From the NCBI GenBank assembly GCA_965224465.1, contig OZ245049.1, forward strand, positions 2,910,001 through 2,942,000: a stretch of DNA of 32,000 bases, in the 5' to 3' direction. A program made the position numbers and the translations under genes. The first letter of the stretch is position 1; every line of letters starts with the position of its first letter. The DNA comes from Flavobacteriaceae bacterium. GTDB lineage: Bacteria; Bacteroidota; Bacteroidia; Flavobacteriales; Flavobacteriaceae. Of this stretch, positions 1-8,867 are shown one piece after another. The notes under the pieces are model-generated. The model was not told the origin of the DNA. It did not search any database and saw only the letters and a program-made list of their open reading frames with translations.

Positions 1-3000
1 ATGCCAAATCAAAGTAAAAACTAACATGATCATCACGAATATCTGTGAAGTCTGCCTTGCTAGAAGATCTATTAGAAAAACCAGTAAAACGTGTATTCAA
101 AATTTCCCATCCAGAAGGAAAAAACTCGGTCAATGCAATATCTTCTACCAAACGACTTTTCATATTTTCTACTGTTACTACAGCCATAAAATTAGTCCCT
201 TGTTCTAACTGACTTACATCTAACACATTTCCTTTTGTATCCTTATACTTTACACTAATTTTAAGTCCTCTTTCTTCCGTTAATTCCTGTCCTAAAGGCA
301 GTTTCCCAGAATTGATAACCGTTACAAAAACGACCGAAGATCCCGTATTAGATATTTTTAAAGTATTCAAACCATTAACAATATCTAATTTACGTTGTAT
401 TAATGCCTTAGAAGATTTCAAAGCACTTGTTTTTTTATCATTTAACTTAAAATCAACCTCAAAATCTGAACCACCATTTTCCGACACCATCGTCGCCATT
501 GCTAATAAAGAATAGGCGGTAGTTTGAGTACTCATCCAAGTATCAGAAGACAGGTCTTTTGCCAGATTTTTTGCAAGTTCCCTATATCCTTTATTTTTTA
601 GTAAGACCATTGTTTCCATAGCCATTGCAAGGTTTCTAGTCGCAGAACCATAGGTGTAATAATCACGATTTTTAAGTGTAAAATCCATGCCAGCACTATT
701 CACTAATTGTTGGGCAGCCTTAGGTTTACTCGCCAAGGCGTAAGCTGCAGCCAATCGCCATTTCCCAGGATTGGACAATTTACTGTATTCGCGCAACCTA
801 TTCATGGCACTTAAATCGGGACTCCCTGCCAATGCAAGGGTATACAACCTATAAGCTTGCGCCAAATCTGAATAATTATAAGAACTTCCAGCACGCCAAT
901 TTTTAGCTGCTTTTTTCTGATATTTTATCCATTTACTCATAAAGGTTAAAGGAAGCACGTATCCTTTTTTCTCCGCTGCAATCATAAAATGACCTGCATA
1001 GGTAGTTCCCCAGTCGTTGACGTAACTTTGCCCTATCCAGTAACTCATACCTCCATTGGATAATTGAAAACGATTCAATCGATCAATTCCTTTTTGAATA
1101 TTGTTATGAATTTCTTGTTTTTTCTGTAAGCTTAGATCAAAAATAGTTTCCAAAAACAATTGAGGAAAAACACTCGAAGTTGTTTGTTCAATACATCCGT
1201 GAGGATACTGAATCAAATATTTCATACGCTTGGTAAAATTCATAGGAGGCAGTAATGAAAACTCAACAAGAGCCGTATTTGTACCTTCAAGACCAAACGT
1301 AGAGAAGCTCATGGTGTTTGAGGATTTACCGTTCAGATCAAGGCTTAGCAACTTACTACTAATAGGATTAGGGTTTACCACATCCATTTCCACTGCATAA
1401 CTAGCTTTTTTACCATTTCCTTTTGCAATCACTTCAATGGTCTGTATCCCTCTAGATTTTGTAACCTCTAAGTCAAAAAACACCATTTTCTCATCTGGTT
1501 CGGTAAATACTAACTGTTTTGACGCATCACCAATAATACGAATACCATCACTCAATTTCAACCTAACTTTTACATTTTTAACCTTTTTACTCATGGCAAA
1601 AACAGTTACTGGAAGCCTCACCTTTTCCCCAGGGCTTAATTTCCGAGGTAAAGATGCTAAAACCATCAATGGTTGACGCACAGGAGTGCTTTTTTCTGCA
1701 CTTCCATAAGCAGCATTGGAGTTATCAGCGGCCACAATCATGGTACGTACTGCACCGATGTATTTCCCCATTTTAATGTGATGTTTTGCTGTTTTACCCT
1801 TTGCAATGGTAAACGGACCTAAATAAGTTACAACAGGCTTAAAACGGTTTGCTTTTTTGTTTTTAGCACCACTTGCTGCCTCATCACCACCAATGGCAAA
1901 TATTTGATCTAAACTACCTCCAAAAGCACCTATTACATCATCAAACATGTCCCAGGTTTTTACTCCCAGAGCTTCACGTTGATAAAACTGATCCCAAATA
2001 TTAGGTGTTTTAAAACGAGTTAAGTCCAACAACCCCTCATCGACAACTGCAATGGTATAAGTCATTCTTTTCCCATTTTTCTCTTTCACTTTTAGCGTGA
2101 AATTTTCAGAAGGTTTTAATACATCAGGCATTATCAACAACGGTTCTAAACGGGTTGCTGGATCTTCCACCATCAGCGGAATAATCCCGTACATTCTCAG
2201 CGGTAAATCATTGGCTATTTGAGCATGTTTCTGCAATAACGAAATATTTACAAATACATTTGGTGCCATGGCAGCGGTAATTGGAATGCGAACTTGGGTT
2301 TCTCCCTTCGTAGTTTTTTTCCAAAAAGATTGAATTACTTCCGTTCCATTTTCTATACTAATCAAAGCCCTTCCATTGCCCGAAGAAGGAAAGTTTATCA
2401 CAGCCTCTTCACCAACATTATATGTTTTTTTATCCGAAGAGAACAAGAGCATTTTTGCAGATTCTGGATCACTCCCAGCAGGACGTTTCCACCAATCTTT
2501 ATAAAAATAAGTAGTAATCCCAGTTGCATGTCCATTGGCAGGATCTGAAATTCGCACTAAATAACGTCCACCTTCACTGTCCGGTATATTTATTTTAAAA
2601 CTAACTTTACCATTTGCCTTTGTACTAATTTTAAAATTTTGATACGGTTTATGATAACTACTACCTTGATAAGAAGAAAGGTTTTCATAAGAACGATTCC
2701 ACCACCAATGCCATTTAATTTGATACACATCTACTTGTAAATTTTTCTGAGCAAAAGGAGTCCCATCTGCTTTTAAAGTAACAATATCAAAAACGATGTT
2801 TTGGTCTGTATCATAAGAACCATAATTTGTTGTTTTAGGAGATTGTACCCCTACAAAAGAATGGTATGGCGCATATTTCTTTGTCATTACGTCCATAGAA
2901 AAATCACCACCATTTTCATAGGTTCTTGTTAAAAAGGAAGCCAGTAACATCCCTGGAGCTTCGTTATTTAAACGTACTTTCTTATCTAATTTTGCCAATC

Positions 3001-5419
3001 CAGAATCATCTACTTTCCCGTCAAATATGGTCAAATCTTCACTTAGAAACTCACGCGTAGGATCTCTGAAAATATAATTTTCAAACCTCTTAAAAGGTTT
3101 TTGAAGACTCTTAAATTTAACGGCAACCTTTGTTTTTAGATTTTTAGCAATAGCACCATGTAACCACTTAACCGATAATGAACCATTTAAAGATTCTCCA
3201 TCTACCAGAATATCTTTTTCAAAATTGATTTTTATTTTCAAACGGTTCGGCTTGATGGTTTCAATCTTTAAATCCCTTAGGAATTTAACCCCACCAACCT
3301 TTACTAAGGCTTTCCAATTACCTGTTGCTGCATTGGTTTTTGTAGGTACTTGAAATGTATAAAAACCATTCACACTAGAATATAAGGTTTTCTGATAAGC
3401 AAGACCCCCATTTGGATCTGTAACAATAAGTTTAACCGGATGATTTTTAGGAAGCGGATTTGCTTTATCATTTAAAACAAATGTTAGATGTAATGAATCT
3501 CCAGGACGCCAAACACCCCGTTCTCCATACAGATAACCTTTCAATCCTTTTTGAAGTTTTTTACCCGAAACATCAAATTTACTCAAAGACAAGGCACGCC
3601 CATCTTCCAGTTTTAGATATGTTTTATTATCACCTTGAGATACGACAGCAAACGCTGCATGCGCATCCGAATCAATCGTAGCAAACCCATCAGCATCTGT
3701 TTGAGCTCCTCCTATCTCTTGCTGTTGATAATTAAATAATTTGACATTCGCATTTGCCACAGGAATGGTCGTAAGAATATTGGTCACTGCAAAAGAATAC
3801 GACTTATTGGATCCCATTTTAACAATAACGCCCAAATTAGACCCTAACACATTGCAACTAACCACATTTTCATCACTTCCATAATACCCTTCTTTACACG
3901 GGTTTTCTCTATCTCTCCAAGAATAATACTTGCTTTTATATCTATAAATTACATTGTCCCAATACTGTTCTTCTCTTTTTTCTACATCATCAGAGACCTT
4001 TTCTGTATACGAGTCACTATAATAATAATCATCTTCGTCATACTCATCTTCATCAGAACTACCTTCCGCTTGATCACATTTATAAATAGCATCTGATTGT
4101 CGCATGCTCAATTCCACATGATAAATAGCTCCAGGATCTGCCTTTATCAAAGTCGATAAGTCTATGGCATAAGCCTTCCATACCCCTTCATTCGGTTCGT
4201 TTTTTCTTAATAAAGTCACCGTTTTCTTTGCGATGCGACGTCCCACATAACGAATATTAGATTCATGAGAAGTATTCAAATTATTCCGCTGTAAAAACTG
4301 CAAGACATTCGACTCAAATATTTTAATAACTCTCACTTCGACTTTACGCAGATTAACAGCTTCAAAATTTAGTTTTAGATTTTGAGAATCTGGGAGAAAT
4401 ACCCCGTTATCCAACAAGCGAATGGCTGGTTTTAATTGTTCAAAAGCTACCAGTTCCGACCACTCCTTTTTCAATTTAAACCCTTCTTTACTTTTTATTC
4501 CTTGAAAAATATCAACAGTCAAATTCCCTGTCAATTTACGTCCTGGATACACTTTTAATATATTTCCTTGGACGCTGTATCGCAATTTTTTCACTCCTTG
4601 GACAGCCATAAGTCCATTAAAATTCTGACTCTTTTTTATAGGATCTGAAAAATTGACTTGTATGTATTGATTTGGGGATTGAATTACGGATACACTCTGT
4701 ACCGAAAAATTATTTTTCCCAGGAATTAAAATTCTTTTTTCCCCTTTGAGATCTATTCCAAGTTTTTTTCCACTCCACGAAATAAGAACCTGAGAATCGT
4801 CGACACCTCTATGGACACTATCAATAACAAAATTGAAATACTTAGCACTTTCTGATGCATTTGGAAACTTGATTTTTAGTGATTTACCAGCGTGTTCTGC
4901 TTCAATAAGTTGACGTGCATCTTTCAATAAAAAAAGATCTGACGCACTGATTACACCTTCCAAATATTGCCATTCCTTAGAATAGGATTGCAGCTTAGGA
5001 GTGTTTATCCAAAAATCAGATACAATAGTTTTAAAACTAAATTGATATGATTTATGAGAAGATGGTACGTTTGCAAGTAACTTATCCAACTGTACCTTTA
5101 CCGTGTATTCTGTTCCTGGTAACAGGTACTTATTTGGTTTAAAAACCAAGGTACGATTGTTCTTCATAAACAAAACCCCTGCAGTTTTTGGAGAAATTTC
5201 TAAGACATCGTTTTCCAACGGTTTGCTATCTACAAAGTCCACCAAATCACTTGCCATACTTATTTGTATAGGATCTGCAATAGAGATTTCGCCTGCTGTA
5301 GTTCCATAAATATAAGATTTATAGGCATAAATATTGTCAGTTTTAATTTTTTTCTCCTTTCCACACGAAGTGATAAAGAGTACCATCGCTGTTAAAAACA
5401 GCAGTTTTCTAATAGTCAT
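1..5419 (-). CDS. alpha-2-macroglobulin family lipoprotein with thioester motif; C-terminus runs off the left edge of the window
   Basis: Absent from the ORF track because no stop codon lies in the window. The minus strand reads open from ATG 5419-5417 to position 2 (about 1806 codons, spot-checked at several places), and only short antisense ORFs exist on +. The N-terminus MTIRKLLFLTAMVLFITSCGKEK is a signal peptide plus lipobox Cys. QYPHGCIEQTTSSVFPQL carries the CxEQ thioester motif (CIEQ = 1195-1184, in frame with the start). Confidence 0.9.
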   Translation of the reverse strand, partial: MTIRKLLFLTAMVLFITSCGKEKKIKTDNIYAYKSYIYGTTAGEISIADPIQISMASDLVDFVDSKPLENDVLEISPKTAGVLFMKNNRTLVFKPNKYLLPGTEYTVKVQLDKLLANVPSSHKSYQFSFKTIVSDFWINTPKLQSYSKEWQYLEGVISASDLFLLKDARQLIEAEHAGKSLKIKFPNASESAKYFNFVIDSVHRGVDDSQVLISWSGKKLGIDLKGEKRILIPGKNNFSVQSVSVIQSPNQYIQVNFSDPIKKSQNFNGLMAVQGVKKLRYSVQGNILKVYPGRKLTGNLTVDIFQGIKSKEGFKLKKEWSELVAFEQLKPAIRLLDNGVFLPDSQNLKLNFEAVNLRKVEVRVIKIFESNVLQFLQRNNLNTSHESNIRYVGRRIAKKTVTLLRKNEPNEGVWKAYAIDLSTLIKADPGAIYHVELSMRQSDAIYKCDQAEGSSDEDEYDEDDYYYSDSYTEKVSDDVEKREEQYWDNVIYRYKSKYYSWRDRENPCKEGYYGSDENVVSCNVLGSNLGVIVKMGSNKSYSFAVTNILTTIPVANANVKLFNYQQQEIGGAQTDADGFATIDSDAHAAFAVVSQGDNKTYLKLEDGRALSLSKFDVSGKKLQKGLKGYLYGERGVWRPGDSLHLTFVLNDKANPLPKNHPVKLIVTDPNGGLAYQKTLYSSVNGFYTFQVPTKTNAATGNWKALVKVGGVKFLRDLKIETIKPNRLKIKINFEKDILVDGESLNGSLSVKWLHGAIAKNLKTKVAVKFKSLQKPFKRFENYIFRDPTREFLSEDLTIFDGKVDDSGLAKLDKKVRLNNEAPGMLLASFLTRTYENGGDFSMDVMTKKYAPYHSFVGVQSPKTTNYGSYDTDQNIVFDIVTLKADGTPFAQKNLQVDVYQIKWHWWWNRSYENLSSYQGSSYHKPYQNFKISTKANGKVSFKINIPDSEGGRYLVRISDPANGHATGITTYFYKDWWKRPAGSDPESAKMLLFSSDKKTYNVGEEAVINFPSSGNGRALISIENGTEVIQSFWKKTTKGETQVRIPITAAMAPNVFVNISLLQKHAQIANDLPLRMYGIIPLMVEDPATRLEPLLIMPDVLKPSENFTLKVKEKNGKRMTYTIAVVDEGLLDLTRFKTPNIWDQFYQREALGVKTWDMFDDVIGAFGGSLDQIFAIGGDEAASGAKNKKANRFKPVVTYLGPFTIAKGKTAKHHIKMGKYIGAVRTMIVAADNSNAAYGSAEKSTPVRQPLMVLASLPRKLSPGEKVRLPVTVFAMSKKVKNVKVRLKLSDGIRIIGDASKQLVFTEPDEKMVFFDLEVTKSRGIQTIEVIAKGNGKKASYAVEMDVVNPNPISSKLLSLDLNGKSSNTMSFSTFGLEGTNTALVEFSLLPPMNFTKRMKYLIQYPHGCIEQTTSSVFPQLFLETIFDLSLQKKQEIHNNIQKGIDRLNRFQLSNGGMSYWIGQSYVNDWGTTYAGHFMIAAEKKGYVLPLTFMSKWIKYQKKAAKNWRAGSSYNYSDLAQAYRLYTLALAGSPDLSAMNRLREYSKLSNPGKWRLAAAYALASKPKAAQQLVNSAGMDFTLKNRDYYTYGSATRNLAMAMETMVLLKNKGYRELAKNLAKDLSSDTWMSTQTTAYSLLAMATMVSENGGSDFEVDFKLNDKKTSALKSSKALIQRKLDIVNGLNTLKISNTGSSVVFVTVINSGKLPLGQELTEERGLKISVKYKDTKGNVLDVSQLEQGTNFMAVVTVENMKSRLVEDIALTEFFPSGWEILNTRFTGFSNRSSSKADFTDIRDDHVSFYFDLA

Positions 5420-5572
5420 AGTCAATGTTTTTACTATAAAAAAGCATTAATGTTAACCCAACTGGACACATTAATAAATCCCTTATAGAGATGCAATAAA
5501 TAAATAATAATTAAGCTATGAAATTACAATAATTTACAACACAAAAAACACAAACGTTAAAAAAAATAAAAA

Positions 5573-6223
5573 TTAAATCACTAGTACATAAAAGTATATA
5601 GAAATAAAATGCGCAATACTTCCAAACAGTACAAAAAAGTGAAAAATAGCATGGTTAAAAGGGAGCTTATTCACACTGTACAATACCGCCCCAAGTGTAT
5701 AACTAACACCTCCAGCCAACAACCACCACAAGCCTTCTACGGATAAATTTTGGATCAATGGATTCACAGCCAAAAGTATAATCCATCCCATAACAACATA
5801 AGCAATTGTAGAAATACGATCATAACGCCCTGTATAAAACAATTTTAAAACAACGCCTAATAAAGCAATCCCCCATGAAACACCAAAAATTGTCCAGCCT
5901 ACCCAGCCTTCTAATACAACAAGCGTATAAGGTGTATACGTCCCAGCTATAAGTATATAAATAGAGGCGTGATCAAATATATTAAGACGCGCTCTAAGTT
6001 TCGGTTTTATTGCAGCGTGATAAGAGGTAGACGCCGCATATAAGATAATTAAACTTACACCATAAATACACACACTTACAACAGTCACAACATTACCAAG
6101 TATGCTAGCTTTTGAGATCAAGAACACCAAGGCAACAATGCTAAAAAAACATCCAACAGCATGAGATATAATATTAATATTTTCCTCGATGCGGCTGTAT
6201 GATTTGGGTGTGTATCTGCTCAT
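5573..6223 (-). CDS. hemolysin III / PAQR family integral membrane protein
   Basis: 216 aa with about 7 predicted TM segments. The N-terminal EENINIISHAVG, the mid HAAIKPK...FDHASIYILIAGTYTP and the C-terminal HAIFHFFVLFGSIAHF His-rich motifs are typical of the HlyIII/YplQ family. Confidence 0.85.
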   Translation of the reverse strand: MSRYTPKSYSRIEENINIISHAVGCFFSIVALVFLISKASILGNVVTVVSVCIYGVSLIILYAASTSYHAAIKPKLRARLNIFDHASIYILIAGTYTPYTLVVLEGWVGWTIFGVSWGIALLGVVLKLFYTGRYDRISTIAYVVMGWIILLAVNPLIQNLSVEGLWWLLAGGVSYTLGAVLYSVNKLPFNHAIFHFFVLFGSIAHFISIYFYVLVI

Positions 6224-6840
6224 AGTGATAAAAACGAGTAGATTGTTAATTTGTTGTATTTAACAAGCGTTCATTTATAGTAGAAAAATGTATTTATAAA
6301 ACAAAAAAAGCACTCGTAACTATGCTTTAGAAAACTGGTTTCTCTTTTAATAGGAATACCAGATACACTTCTAAAGAACTATTGATAGCCTCTTCATAAA
6401 CTTCACGTAATCCACAAAATAATAGATTCTGAGCCGGTATAGTCAACAGGATGTTCATGCTGGGCGCTACGCACCGCACGAATACTTAGTTATTGTATAC
6501 AGTATGTTTATTGTTCTGTCCAAACACCAGATCCAGCTGCGCAAAGTCTCCCGACTTTGAGTCCTATTTCCCCCAATCTTTTTACAGCCTTAAACCTCTC
6601 AAAAAAAACCACTAAATACCATCATCTGATTGCTCTATTAAACGAATGTGATTAACCTAATTACATACCGATAAAGCAGCGTCCCTTTTTTTTAAATGCA
6701 AAGCTCCAACCTTTATATTATTATACTAGTTCCTTTTAAACAAAGCTATCTACTACAGTAGCTGTCATAAAATGTATCTTTTTTTGATGTCGCAACCTAT
6801 AACAATCTTTCATTCTTAATATTCCCCCTTGCTAATGTGA

Positions 6841-6886
6841 GCAATATAGTGGCGCTAAGTCTCCCGATTTAGCGCCACTATATTGC
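6841..6886 (-). terminator. perfect 18-bp stem / 10-nt loop hairpin 57 nt downstream of the LRR gene stop; candidate terminator or repeat-element hairpin
   Basis: GCAATATAGTGGCGCTAA (6841-6858), gtctcccgat loop, TTAGCGCCACTATATTGC (6869-6886). No clear U-tract follows on either strand, so terminator function is inferred from position only. Confidence 0.45.
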
Positions 6887-6943
6887 TACGATTCTTGAAT
6901 AAAACTCAGGAAATCAGTTCGTAAACAAGCATAAAAAATCACA

Positions 6944-8482
6944 TTAATTAGCACAGTCTACATCTCCTACACTAGAAATCCCTGTGCCACTAGCACGATA
7001 GTGTAAAGAAGTTCCTTTTGCTTTAAGCAAGTCCCAGAAAGTCTGAGGCAAACAATTTAAATTCTCCATTTGCCAAAGCGTAAACGAACTTAAATTAGCC
7101 AAGTTCCCTATAGAAGCAGGAAGTTCGGTTATATTTGGAGACACTTTTAATTCAAAATCTTTTAAGTTCTCAAGCACTCCAATCTCATCACTAATGCCAT
7201 CCAACGTTTTTCCCCAAATAATTAAACGCGTTATATTTTTTAACTGAAACAATGCCCCTGGTAGTGCAGTCATTTTATCTTTTTTGTAAAAAACTATTGA
7301 TAAATTCAAGTTTTTTACGCCACTAAAACTATCCTGCAAGCCAATAATTTGACTCGCTGTAATATGATAGACTAATTGTGTATTTTGAAATAAACTAGAG
7401 GGTATTTTACTTATTCCTGAATTCTCCAAGAAGAGTTTCCTTAATTTTGTTAAACCTGATAAATCTGGAGAAGTATCACCGATATCATTATTATTCAAAT
7501 TCAAAATTTCTAAGCTTGGTAATTTAGCAATTACATTGGGTATTTTTCTTAATTTTGTTGAAGACAATACTAACTTACGTAAATTGGTTAACGCAGATAA
7601 ATCATCTGGCAAATCACTTGTTAAGTAATTTCCTTGTACGGTTAATTCAATTAAATTAGTAAGCGACGAAATAACGGCAGGGAATTTGGTCAAATTATTA
7701 GCTGACAAATACAAGTCATCAACAAAAATAAAGTTAGAAAAATATGCAGGTAAATCTTCTAATTTCATAAAGATAAAATTAATTTCTCTAAGCAAAATTA
7801 ATTTTGAAAACGAATCAGGCAACAACACTTCTATATCTGCCCCTGGACCATGATGGGTAAAGATTCTTAAATACGATAGGTTCCCTATATGTTTAGAAAT
7901 AGATTTCCCAATGGAAATAATTTCATACACTCGCTTTTGATATACCTTAAAATGTCCTGTATCATCTGCCTGCGCAATTAAATCACTTAATTCTACTGTA
8001 GCTATATCTTGCTTCCATTTTAAATCATTAAAGTGAAACACACCTTCAAACTGCTCTTTCACAACCATATAATCTATTTGAAACCCTTCTAATGGCTTTA
8101 AATAAACATAAATATCCTCGGTACTTCCATCACTATACACAACTTTATACAGCAACTTATCTTCGGATACAAAAGTTGGACTTTCACCAGATTTTGGTAT
8201 TGAACTAGCCCCTTCTGGCAATTTAAACCTAGGAACAATCAATTTCGGAGAATCCAATACATTATACAGACCTAGTAGATCAAACCCTTGTTTGTAACTG
8301 GACAAAAAGTTAATTTCAAAGTCTAACAGGCCTCTTTCAACAATAATAAGTGAATAAACTTTTGTGCTTTCGTCACTAAACGTTAGTTTAAACACTTTAG
8401 ATTTAGAAAAACTAAAATTAATGGGCATATAAGATACTATAGTCTCATCATTAAATTCCAATTCAAAATTTAAGGCACTCAA
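6944..8482 (-). CDS. leucine-rich repeat (LRR) protein; body of a frameshifted lipoprotein gene
   Basis: 512-aa track ORF beginning at a TTG. The C-terminal half has many LxxLxLxxNxL-type repeats (LTNLIELTVQGNYL, LTNLRKLVLSSTKL, LPSLEILNLNNNDI, LTKLRKLFLENSGI, LANLSSFTLWQMENL). The same frame stays open upstream to about 8605 without a start codon. Confidence 0.8.
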   Translation of the reverse strand: MSALNFELEFNDETIVSYMPINFSFSKSKVFKLTFSDESTKVYSLIIVERGLLDFEINFLSSYKQGFDLLGLYNVLDSPKLIVPRFKLPEGASSIPKSGESPTFVSEDKLLYKVVYSDGSTEDIYVYLKPLEGFQIDYMVVKEQFEGVFHFNDLKWKQDIATVELSDLIAQADDTGHFKVYQKRVYEIISIGKSISKHIGNLSYLRIFTHHGPGADIEVLLPDSFSKLILLREINFIFMKLEDLPAYFSNFIFVDDLYLSANNLTKFPAVISSLTNLIELTVQGNYLTSDLPDDLSALTNLRKLVLSSTKLRKIPNVIAKLPSLEILNLNNNDIGDTSPDLSGLTKLRKLFLENSGISKIPSSLFQNTQLVYHITASQIIGLQDSFSGVKNLNLSIVFYKKDKMTALPGALFQLKNITRLIIWGKTLDGISDEIGVLENLKDFELKVSPNITELPASIGNLANLSSFTLWQMENLNCLPQTFWDLLKAKGTSLHYRASGTGISSVGDVDCAN

Positions 8483-8595
8483 ATTTTCACCCGTAGGAAT
8501 AAAAACCGTGATATCGGTAGCATCAACTTTAAAAACCAGCGCTTTTGTTTCTGAGTCTTTTCTTAAAATAACACGTTCTAATACCGTGGAAATAT

Positions 8596-8697
8596 CTACT
8601 GTTTCTGATTTTTTGTTTTATTAGCCACCTCATCTTTACTACATGAAGTAAATAACAATAGACAAAAAACGACACTCATAAATAATGTATTGTTCAT
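8596..8697 (-). pseudogene. orphaned 33-codon lipoprotein signal-peptide ORF; displaced 5' end of the LRR gene
   Basis: ATG 8697-8695 gives MNNTLFMSVVFCLLLFTSCSKDEVANKTKNQKQ, then stop (8598-8596). LLFTSC is a lipobox. One extra A in the A6 run (T6 on + at 8609-8614) would fuse it in frame to the LRR ORF. Confidence 0.7.
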
Positions 8698-8867
8698 ATT
8701 TTCTGTTGTTTTTAAAAAAATTATAACAAACTAATATACTAAATACATGGTGATACTGAACACAGAAATCCAAAATAATTAACAATTAAAAAATGGTCAT
8801 AAAAGACTTATCCACAGGTACTTAACGGAGTAATTTCTGCCTCCACTTATCTATTTTTAACAAAAGA

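Noticed and set aside
26-5309. Six + strand track ORFs (26-208, 312-515, 1437-1676, 2294-2548, 3460-3681, 5103-5309)
   Set aside because: All lie antisense inside the long minus-strand A2M reading frame, which has a clear signal peptide and thioester motif. They are short, low-complexity and lack recognisable motifs.
6420-6480. Possible group II intron fragment: GAGCCGGTAT on +, resembling the start of domain V, and GTGCG...GCGCCCAG on the minus strand, resembling an intron 5' end
   Set aside because: No complementary half to form a domain V hairpin, no reverse-transcriptase ORF, and too little space before the neighbouring gene. The matches are short and could be chance.
8767-8778. Possible additional degenerate repeat copies seeded by AATCCAAAA (8767-8778, about 27503-27511) and fragments CGATGTAAAT / TTACAATCC at about 29283-29390
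   Set aside because: Only 9-12 nt seeds match, with no extended alignment. In A-rich DNA this cannot be separated from chance without a statistical search.
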